Part shown: positions 27,036 through 35,114 of the stretch, piece after piece | Layout: every line of letters begins with the position of its first letter | How positions within the stretch are numbered: position 1 is the stretch's first letter | Source of the DNA: Candidatus Delongbacteria bacterium | GTDB taxonomy: Bacteria > CAIWAD01 | Direction: 5' to 3' | DNA: 64,000 bases | Assembly: GCA_963663545.1 (NCBI GenBank) | Contig: OY760505.1 | Span: 2,176,001 to 2,240,000 of the forward strand | Translations under genes and position numbers: made by a program | The notes under the pieces: generated by a model | What the model saw: the letters and a program-made list of their open reading frames with translations, nothing else | Told to the model about the DNA's origin: nothing | Database searches by the model: none

Positions 27036-30000
27036 CTATTCGAATGACGTTGGCCCCTTCTCGCGACTGCTCTCACGTTGTTGTGCGGATTGGATTCGCT
27101 CTCGGAAGCGTGGCTCTTCAAGTGCTGCCAGTCTTGCAACCTCAGGGATCGCGGAGTTGATGAGCGCGTCCAGGAGTGGCTCTCGTGCAATCAGGATGTC
27201 GGCCAGCGAACCGCCCCATGATCGCGGATGCAGGCTGTCAATCAATTCAGGGACTATTCTTTCGTATGAATTTGCCAATTCCAGAAGTGTTTGGAGGATT
27301 GGCTTCCATTCCAGTTTACCATCTACTGTGTGGTACAGCGGGGTAGCTTCTATCAGGACGCAAATGCGTTCATTGGGATTTTCCTGGCACCAATCAATCA
27401 GCAGATCACTACTGATTTTGTCGAATGGGTTGCTGCGTTCATCTCGGAGTGAACTATGCCATGAGATTGCGCTCAAGTGTTCTGCCGTTCCGAATGCATG
27501 CAAGAATTTGTCAGGGATCTTCTCTGCAAGCAGGTTCAGCAGGAGCGACAAATCCATGCGGATTGATTGTTCACGAATGTTATCAAGCTCGGCTTCGCCA
27601 ATGCGGTCTATACAGATTAGAGCAACGCCTGCGATGGTATAGCCCGATGAACCTGGTCCACCAAGCTCATCAGCTTTGATGAATGACCGCAACACCTGAA
27701 GCGCGGCAGACTTCAGGCGCATTGAATATGGCGCAGCAGCTGAATCTCTCCCATGAGCTCTCATGGTAAGGATTTCTATAACGGTGGCAAGCCCATGTTT
27801 TTTGGGGATCATCATTTCTAGCAGGGTAGCGATCTGATCGTCAGAGAACGCCTCGTGGACTCTTCCCCATCCAAGTACTTTGTATCCACGGACATCGCAT
27901 ACTTCGCTTTCAATGGCTTTGATGATTCGATTGAAGTCCCGTTCATCCATGTTTCGATGAAGCTGGAAGAAGGGGAAGTCGTGCTGAATACTCGGGATTG
28001 CCAATATTCTATCGAGTAGTGCGTGGTGTTCCTCTCTGTGTGTTTCAAGAACACCATCCATGAACCCGCGCAAGATTCCAGTTTGCCTAGAGTCCGAAGG
28101 AAGTCCTTCGAATTGCGAAAGCAGGTACTGCCAAGTCGAAGACAGCGTGATTGTTGAGTCAGCAATCCCAAGCCCGAAATAGTACTGCGCCTGAGTTTTG
28201 GCCATAAACAACTGCGGCCAAAGCTGCTCTACTGTCTTAAGGTTCTTTCCCGCAGCCCGTCCCAGATCCTGCGCCTCTAGGTTTACTCGTTCCCATTCGT
28301 TTGGGGCGTCCGCACCCTCAAGTAAGAAGCGGCCAAGGGCGTGCTTTCGAGAGTCATCTGCAAGTACAACAGCAAGTATTCTACTTGGGAGATCCGCTGG
28401 TCGTAGCTTGAGCTCGAGGTCTTCAAGTGGCCCGTGTAAGTCAACATGTATAACGTCAGGGCCTCGGCCGAGTAGATCGAGGATCGAGTGCCAGCCTTCA
28501 ATCCAGCCGCCTTGTTCATGAAATGCTAGGGCTATCTCAGATAGCAACTCCCACCTTTCCGCACGTGCCCACAGCCCAGTAAATCGTTTCGCAAGAACAT
28601 TCCTCGCGCATCTGGCTGTTGGCCTGTCGCTTGTGGCGTGCTCCGCGCATATCTGAATGAAACATGAGAACCACTGGTCAATTTCGGTTGCTGACATGGT
28701 TCTACGAATACCACTTCGATCATGTGTACCGAACTCGTCGTGCGAGTACGTGTCTAAGTTTATTGTTTTCAGAGCTGTTGATAGGAGTTCAAGACCAAGT
28801 TGGGATTCCGAATCACTATCCGATTCCAACAACTCTTTGACAATTCTAGATCTTTCTTCCAGACTGGCTGTCGTTCCAGAGTTGATGCACTGAAATGATG
28901 AGCTAAGGCAGTTCATCGGGTGGTCTCTTGCATGACTAGCAATCTTGTCCGATCGAAGGAGCATCCGCAGAGCTTGTACGCACCTACTAAAGTACTCAGC
29001 AGAGTAGCCTATGTGGTACAGGACTTTTGTAAATGACTTTAGGGTTAGTTTTGGAATTTCCTCAATTGGAATAGAGCCAAGAACCCTTTCAATAGCATCG
29101 AGTGCGCTCGCTGGGTTCGCTGCAGCGAGATTTTGGAAGATATCCTTCGTGCAATAATCCATGGAGAGAAGGTGTATACCTATTGGACCCGCCTTGGATA
29201 GCCAACTGCTTGCGATTTGCTTGGCGGTGCTTGATTGGTGGAGGTATGACAGTCTGCGCGTCAGGGATGTCAGCAAACGAGTCGGCCATTGGGAATGCAA
29301 TACTGAAAATGATGTTGGTGGAATCAGGCCTAGAGCTTCGTTAGCCAATTTGTTCGCAATGGCCTGTGGAAGGACAGCACGCCAATTGCTTCTCTCTTGA
29401 ACTAGCCCCCGCTCAAGCAGAATGGATGAGTATCTGTATAGCTCTTCTGGTGTACTATTCGCAATGGCTGCTAGATATAACAGCTCGGAGTCTTTATCCG
29501 ATAAATCGCAATCGAATGAATACACGATAGCGAGTATACGTGCTGCAGCTCTCAGCTTGTGGTCTTCTGCATGTCGTTGTTGAAAGAGCCGATCGAACAG
29601 CTCCTCATCCTGCAGTTGCGCAGTGTTCTTGGTCTTTCTTAGCTGATTCGCCAGTGCAATAGCAATTCTGCAGTTTCTATCTGAATATTCTGCTATTCGG
29701 TATGAGTCACGTCTAGTTAGGCTGGGAAACCTAGTCTTTACAAGATCTGCAAGATTCGCCTGATCTAGTCCGTGCAAGCGAAAGACATCAGTCTCGCCTT
29801 GAATGTTTTCGCGAATGTCGTACTCGATCGTGAGTATGCTGATTTGGCTTCGGCTTTGCCTGCATACATCGATAAGTCGTTTATGCTCCTGCGGTGAACA
29901 GTTGTCTACTATCAGGATTGTGCGTGTTCTGATCTCAGCCAGTTGCATTGCCAGCGACTTAGAATCGGGTTGCAGTGAATCTGCGGCATCACCATAGATC

Positions 30001-30821
30001 ACGTCATTTATTCTAAGTGGATTCTCGCCAACGGCTTCATCAAACAGGGCTTGGGCAAATCTAGTCTTCCCCACCCCTGAAAGACCTACGAGTCTGATAA
30101 TCTGTTTAGGGGCAGATAACTGTTCACGTATCCGGTTTATGGCATCGACGATAGTCAGGTGAGATTCTGAAGAACCGGTTAAGTCTTCCACACGCTCAGA
30201 AGAGTCGTACAGGTATTGGCCCTGGCATTTCGGATCGCTATCCGCCCACTGTCCAAAGGGTCTCCATCCATATTGTGGCTGGCCGATCTTCTCCTTCACC
30301 CACAGGACAAGAGATGGGAAGCATCGCACCCAGTCCGCAATCTTCTGTCTGTCGTAGAACTGAAGTTGGTCTTTGGCACAAACAATCTCTCCTTGAACCG
30401 CCTCCTGCATTCCGGCTAATCGTGACTTCAGCATTGAATCCGACGTGTCGGCACCAGATGACGCAATCACATATGCGCCACCAGCGACAAGGATCTCTTT
30501 AATCGCCGGCTTCAGGCTACCATCCGGATTCAGCATCTCCTTCTTTACATCGCCTTTAGTCAAGTCAGGCTTCTTCACTTGGATGGCGGTCAACTTTCTG
30601 GGGATGTATCCAATGGCTAGTGCTCGCGCCTCATCACGACAGTCGACTTTGACATCAATTCCACCGTCGGCAGCATTCTGGTCACCGCCCCAGCTCACGA
30701 ACTTGCGGCTGATCGAATTTTTGGCTAACTCGGCCTTGCATAGTAGGGCAATGAGCTCGCGAAGATCAGTGTCATTCAGCTGAGCGATCTGATTCTTGGA
30801 GACGTCTAGGAACTCGTGCAT
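27036..30821 (-). CDS. Putative anti-phage protein: N-terminal PD-(D/E)xK (Mrr-like) nuclease, P-loop (STAND-like) NTPase and long helical C-terminus
   Basis: ADGGIDV...IQVKK nuclease-like motif; RLVGLSGVGKTR Walker A; ILIVDNC Walker B; atypical AT-richer composition; located 3' of tRNA-Sec. Confidence 0.7.
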   Translation of the reverse strand: MHEFLDVSKNQIAQLNDTDLRELIALLCKAELAKNSISRKFVSWGGDQNAADGGIDVKVDCRDEARALAIGYIPRKLTAIQVKKPDLTKGDVKKEMLNPDGSLKPAIKEILVAGGAYVIASSGADTSDSMLKSRLAGMQEAVQGEIVCAKDQLQFYDRQKIADWVRCFPSLVLWVKEKIGQPQYGWRPFGQWADSDPKCQGQYLYDSSERVEDLTGSSESHLTIVDAINRIREQLSAPKQIIRLVGLSGVGKTRFAQALFDEAVGENPLRINDVIYGDAADSLQPDSKSLAMQLAEIRTRTILIVDNCSPQEHKRLIDVCRQSRSQISILTIEYDIRENIQGETDVFRLHGLDQANLADLVKTRFPSLTRRDSYRIAEYSDRNCRIAIALANQLRKTKNTAQLQDEELFDRLFQQRHAEDHKLRAAARILAIVYSFDCDLSDKDSELLYLAAIANSTPEELYRYSSILLERGLVQERSNWRAVLPQAIANKLANEALGLIPPTSFSVLHSQWPTRLLTSLTRRLSYLHQSSTAKQIASSWLSKAGPIGIHLLSMDYCTKDIFQNLAAANPASALDAIERVLGSIPIEEIPKLTLKSFTKVLYHIGYSAEYFSRCVQALRMLLRSDKIASHARDHPMNCLSSSFQCINSGTTASLEERSRIVKELLESDSDSESQLGLELLSTALKTINLDTYSHDEFGTHDRSGIRRTMSATEIDQWFSCFIQICAEHATSDRPTARCARNVLAKRFTGLWARAERWELLSEIALAFHEQGGWIEGWHSILDLLGRGPDVIHVDLHGPLEDLELKLRPADLPSRILAVVLADDSRKHALGRFLLEGADAPNEWERVNLEAQDLGRAAGKNLKTVEQLWPQLFMAKTQAQYYFGLGIADSTITLSSTWQYLLSQFEGLPSDSRQTGILRGFMDGVLETHREEHHALLDRILAIPSIQHDFPFFQLHRNMDERDFNRIIKAIESEVCDVRGYKVLGWGRVHEAFSDDQIATLLEMMIPKKHGLATVIEILTMRAHGRDSAAAPYSMRLKSAALQVLRSFIKADELGGPGSSGYTIAGVALICIDRIGEAELDNIREQSIRMDLSLLLNLLAEKIPDKFLHAFGTAEHLSAISWHSSLRDERSNPFDKISSDLLIDWCQENPNERICVLIEATPLYHTVDGKLEWKPILQTLLELANSYERIVPELIDSLHPRSWGGSLADILIAREPLLDALINSAIPEVARLAALEEPRFRERIQSAQQRESSREKGPTSFE

Positions 30822-31067
30822 TGGGCTTGTCCTGGTCTTGATGTGCCCGATTAATATCGTTCATACATTTTGCCCATGTTTGTAACTGACTATGTCAACC
30901 CAGATAGACTTTATCGTTGTTTCGTAGGATAGATACATTTAGCTGATCAATAGTCGTAGGGGAGTTAACACACGCGTGAGGAGCAACTGATGGTTGCTGT
31001 CCAATCCATCCTGAGCAGGATGATAAAAGAATGCAATACTGCACGTGCATGCTTCCAAGTTTGGTGG

Positions 31068-32365
31068 GAGGGTATCAGGAATTCTGTGTAAATAGCCAGA
31101 TTCTCTCAGAGGAGGAATTCAAGTGGCTATTTCGAAAGACCTAATCCAGGAGCTTCTGCGTGAGTGCAAGACACCGGCAGACCTGCTTGGTGAACACGGC
31201 ATCCTGAAGCAGCTGAGCAAAGAGCTCATCGAGGCTGCGCTTGGTGCGGAGCTGACAGATCATCTGGGCTATTCCAAGCATGAAAATGGAACCAAGCCTA
31301 CCGACAATAGGCGCAACGGCAGCACTAGAAAGCGCGTACGAAGCGATCAGGGCGACATGGAAATCGAAGTTCCCAGAGACCGGGACGCGACCTTTGAGCC
31401 CATGCTGATCGGCAAGCACCAACGCGAGATTCCTGGCTTCAGCGACAAGATCCTGTCGATGTATGCTCGTGGCATGTCGACACGGGAGATCACGGAGCAC
31501 CTGAAGGAGATCTACGGAACCGAGGTATCGCCGCAGTTCATCACCTCGGTGACCGACGGTGTTGTAGAGCATCTGGAAGCCTGGCAGAACCGGGATCTGG
31601 ACGAAGTGTATCCCATTGTTTTCTTCGACGCTATCATCGTCAAAGCCAGAGAAAACAGGCGTGTGCAGAAGTGCGCCATTCACTTGGCGCTGGCCATCAA
31701 CCTCGATGGGCAAAAGGAGCTGCTGGGCCTTTGGGTAAGCGAGAACGAGGGTGCACAGTACTGGCTTAGCGTGATCACGGAACTGCGGAACCGCGGGGTT
31801 CGGGACATCCTGATCGCTGCTGTAGACGGCTTGACTGGCTTTCCTGACGCCATCCGTGCTGTTTTTCCGAAGACGGATGTCCAGCTGTGCATCGTTCATG
31901 CGGTCAGGAATTCGCTGAAGTACGTGTCCTACAAAGAGCGTCGCGCTGTCGCCACAGACTTGAAGCAGGTCTACAGTGCTCCGACGGAAGAAGCCGCTCT
32001 CGGGGCACTGCAGGAGTTTGGTGCCACCTGGGATGCGAAGTATCCTACAATCAGCAAAAGTTGGCGGGAGCGCTGGACGGACCTGGTGCCATTTCTCCAG
32101 TATCCAGACGAGATCAGGCGCGTGATGTATACGACCAATGCGATAGAGTCGCTGAACTACAATATTCGGCGTGTGACAAAGACCAGATCAGCATTCCCTA
32201 CCGTGGAATCGGCTCTGAAGCTGGTTTTCATGGTGATACAAAACATCGAGAAGAAGTGGACGATGCCCATTCGAAACTGGGGTCAGGCAAGGAACTACCT
32301 GGCAATCAAGTTCGAGGGCAGGGTGCCGGCGTAAGAGGCGTTTACACGAAATTCCTGACAGGCCC
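31068..32365 (+). mobile_element. IS256-family insertion sequence, 1298 bp
   Basis: Imperfect terminal IRs GAGGGTATCAGGAATTCTGTGTAAA and (reverse complement) GGGCCTGTCAGGAATTTCGTGTAAA. 8-bp target duplication TTTGGTGG at 31060..31067 and 32366..32373. Confidence 0.93.
31123..32334 (+). CDS. IS256-family (Mutator-like) DDE transposase
   Basis: RNG, VPRDR..F.P, MYARGMSTR, FFDAI, AVDGL.GF, QLCIVH, YTTNAIES. Confidence 0.95.
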   Translation: MAISKDLIQELLRECKTPADLLGEHGILKQLSKELIEAALGAELTDHLGYSKHENGTKPTDNRRNGSTRKRVRSDQGDMEIEVPRDRDATFEPMLIGKHQREIPGFSDKILSMYARGMSTREITEHLKEIYGTEVSPQFITSVTDGVVEHLEAWQNRDLDEVYPIVFFDAIIVKARENRRVQKCAIHLALAINLDGQKELLGLWVSENEGAQYWLSVITELRNRGVRDILIAAVDGLTGFPDAIRAVFPKTDVQLCIVHAVRNSLKYVSYKERRAVATDLKQVYSAPTEEAALGALQEFGATWDAKYPTISKSWRERWTDLVPFLQYPDEIRRVMYTTNAIESLNYNIRRVTKTRSAFPTVESALKLVFMVIQNIEKKWTMPIRNWGQARNYLAIKFEGRVPA

Positions 32366-33275
32366 TTTGGTGGGGCATCAGGAGTTCTGGCCGAAAGGAC
32401 TTCGTCGACACAATGAACCATCGCGACCATGTTCTCTTTTTTGCTGCCTTACAGCCGGCACTCTACCGGGAGTTTCTCCTTTCGATAAGCAAGTTGTTTG
32501 ATCGAGATTCCCGATCTGTAGGTTTCCAAGCACTACGAAGAGCCCTTAATGAGGAAGACCGACGTGATCTAGCTACAACAGTATCGGGTGCATTCACCAA
32601 GAATGGAAACGCAATTAACGCCATCTTGAACATCAGGTCTAAGTCATTGGCACACATGCAGTTGGATATCGGTGTAGATGATATCTATGAAGAAGTCCCT
32701 GTTTGCTACGATGAAGTTCGTGCATTGATCGATGACGCGGCCGACGTTTTGAACTTGGTGGCCGATGTGACTGGATACAATTACAGGGTATCAAAGAAAG
32801 ATTTGTTCGAGAAGGCAACCTTGAGTATGCTCGGCTTTCTCAAGGTTGGAGTTGATTGTTCGAACTGGAGCAGTTGAGCATGTATTACAGATGCTGACAA
32901 ACTGATTTCCGAGACATGAACCGTCACAGAGATCGTCGCCTATTTCCAAGTATACCGTGACACAAATAGGTAGGCCAGCTCGCAGGTTTCTTGTACCATG
33001 AACTCCCTTCAGAAGCCGATCTTACACAGCTCCCACGCTTGGTACAACTCAAAGTAAACAAGACGCCGTGACGATAGGTGACCGTCACCAGAATCTTCAC
33101 CTTCGATTTCTTCCACGCAACACTCTCACCCACGAAAGTCGCCAAAACTCCAGCGCAGTAGCGGCTTCATCGCCATTCGTTAAACAACCTGTCTGGGAGC
33201 GGGCTGCAATCGTCGAGAATCCGCCACAAGCCGCATGTGACACAAACCGCCAACGCAAACCAGCCACGCCCGCAT

Positions 33276-33314
33276 AAAACAAAAGCCCCCGCCAATGCTG
33301 GCGAGGGCTTGTTG
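33276..33314 (-). terminator. Terminator downstream of tRNA-Sec
   Basis: Minus strand AAGCCCTCGCCA-GCAT-TGGCGGGGGCTT-TGTTTT. Confidence 0.7.
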
Positions 33315-33321
33315 TGTTTAA

Positions 33322-33420
33322 TGGCGGGAATGTCTGGGAATCGAACCCAGCCGGGACAGTTTCCGCTGCCCTACAACGGCTTTGAAGGCCGCGGCCGCCA
33401 CCAGGTCGGCATCCATTCCC
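33322..33420 (-). tRNA. selC: tRNA-Sec (anticodon UCA)
   Basis: Minus strand GGGAATGG...GCGGC-CTTCAAA-GCCGT, a long variable arm, CTGGG-TTCGATT-CCCAG, and a 3' end ACATTCCC-G-CCA; 99 nt. Confidence 0.93.
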
Positions 33421-33473
33421 GTGTGTTCAATCTACGAAAAGAGGTGGCCTAGAAACCCGTTCGCTTTCGTGAT

Positions 33474-35114
33474 TCATCGCACCAGATTCAGGCGGCGGCA
33501 CTCACTGTGACCGAGGCCTTCAAGGCTCAGCAAATACATGCCGCTAGCCTGGCCGCTCAAGTCAAGACTGATGGCATGCGCACCCGCAGTCAGACGATGC
33601 GAAGAGCGTGATACAAGTGCGCCGCGAAGGTCATAGAGACGCAGGTCGAACGTTGCAGCCTGTGATACATTTATCTCAACTAGCGTTGTCGGGTTGAAGG
33701 GATTGGGGCGAATCTGCTTCAACTGCCATCCACTGACTTCAGGCTGAGCTGACGGTACGTCAGTGCTCAGGCCTGTTCCACGAACCGACAAGGTCTGCAG
33801 TGCTCCGTTCTGCGCGTTGCTCGACATCGTGACCAAGTCCTCGTAATCGCCCTCGTCCTCAGGATGGAAACGAATCGTCAACAATTCCACTTCGCCACCG
33901 TTGATCTGAACGGGAGCCGAAACAGTACTGTAGGCGTCCGTTCCCAGCGAGATGTAGCCGAAATTCAAGCGGCTGTGGCCGGGATTGTAGAGCGCCACGT
34001 ACTGCTCCAGTGTATCACCAATAGCACAGTCGCCGAAATTCAGCGCTGTATCACAGAACACGAGCTCGCGGTGAACTTCAGGATCCGGATCGCTGGCAAG
34101 CGACGCAATACGGTCCAGCCAACGCGGATGAATGATGAAGGGATTATGGTTGTGCTGCAAAGCGAAGATTGCCGCTTCTCGAGTGTACTCGGCGTCGTCG
34201 GGCGGATCCTGCTCGCTCCAGGCGCGCAGTACTTCTTCCTGACTGTTTAGGAAGCTGTAAAGATTGCCGTAACACAGCGCGAAGTAGAACATTGAGCGAG
34301 CGCAATTGCCTTTGTGCACATCGCGCGGTTCGAAAACGATCGTGCCGGACGCGTTTGTCCCCAATGAGCTACCGCCCTGACTCCACGTGCTGTTGACCAC
34401 TTCGCCAAAGGCGTAGTTGCCGCGCCTGCTGTTGGAAGCGTTTGTGGTTGGATAAAGGTGATACATGTCACTGCGCGCAGTTCCTTCGGCACCCATCGAC
34501 TGTGGCCAGGTGTGTTCGCAGTTCATGATGTTGGCATCAGGAATTCCGGACGTGGTTACAAGCGTGCCGGTATAGACGCACTCCACCTGTCCGTTGTGGT
34601 TGTCATACTCACCAAACATGTGCTGACGCGCGCCGGTGTAGCCGTAATCGGTGTGGCTCTGGATCAGCGACGCGAGTTCGTCTACCAGGTCTTCACCCCA
34701 CAGATTGGCGGCGTCGTCCCACAGGGTATCTTCCAACCTTGGCTGTGCGTTCAGCAGCAGGCAGGTTGGGCCCAGAAGCTGACTGGATTGTACCAGCAGC
34801 GGAAGGCACAAATCCAGATCTGTATCACAGGCAAGGCTAAGACTCACTTGCCCACTGGCACCAGCGAAGATTGTATCGGGATAAGAACTCACGGTCAGCG
34901 CAGAGTTCAGGCAGATCAGGTTGTCAAGACCGATATTGGTATCGCTGTCATTGTACAGCGTCAACTCCAGGCTGGAAGAGCCGATCGTGACACGCCCGAG
35001 TTCCAGGGCAGCTTCATCAGCGCGGAGGCTGGTTGAAGGAAGCAGAGTATCGGCTTGCGCGGACGCGACCAGCAACACTCCCGTCAGCAGGGTAATGGAT
35101 GAACGGAAAGACAA
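33474..35114 (-). CDS. Secreted endonuclease I (EndA/Bsn-like His-Me) with Ig-like domains and T9SS-like C-terminal domain
   Basis: NCEHTWPQS, SDMYHLYP...NSRRGN, FEPRD.HKGN.AR..FY, NPFI; terminal PNPFNP...ASGMY. Start placed at TTG 35114 after AGGAG; the longer ORF-track start overlaps the divergent gene. Confidence 0.85.
   Translation of the reverse strand: MSFRSSITLLTGVLLVASAQADTLLPSTSLRADEAALELGRVTIGSSSLELTLYNDSDTNIGLDNLICLNSALTVSSYPDTIFAGASGQVSLSLACDTDLDLCLPLLVQSSQLLGPTCLLLNAQPRLEDTLWDDAANLWGEDLVDELASLIQSHTDYGYTGARQHMFGEYDNHNGQVECVYTGTLVTTSGIPDANIMNCEHTWPQSMGAEGTARSDMYHLYPTTNASNSRRGNYAFGEVVNSTWSQGGSSLGTNASGTIVFEPRDVHKGNCARSMFYFALCYGNLYSFLNSQEEVLRAWSEQDPPDDAEYTREAAIFALQHNHNPFIIHPRWLDRIASLASDPDPEVHRELVFCDTALNFGDCAIGDTLEQYVALYNPGHSRLNFGYISLGTDAYSTVSAPVQINGGEVELLTIRFHPEDEGDYEDLVTMSSNAQNGALQTLSVRGTGLSTDVPSAQPEVSGWQLKQIRPNPFNPTTLVEINVSQAATFDLRLYDLRGALVSRSSHRLTAGAHAISLDLSGQASGMYLLSLEGLGHSECRRLNLVR

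Larger units (their letters stand above)
30990..32877 (+). pseudogene. HEPN (AbiU2-like) gene interrupted by IS256
   Basis: GAGGAG RBS at 30978 and ATG at 30990. 26 codons before the IS join in frame with 32374..32877 to give a 193-aa ORF containing ISKLFD and IRSKSLAH. Confidence 0.75.

Noticed and set aside
14211..32877. Selenocysteine read-through at TGA stops near Cys-rich ends (znuC, HEPN gene, Trp leader)
   Set aside because: The znuC stop overlaps the next start codon, and no conserved downstream continuation or SECIS-like hairpin could be supported for any of them.
33077..33089. Palindrome GGTGACCGTCACC between the HEPN gene and selC, reminiscent of REP/IS200-associated ends
   Set aside because: Single copy with no transposase remnant recognised nearby; too little support.
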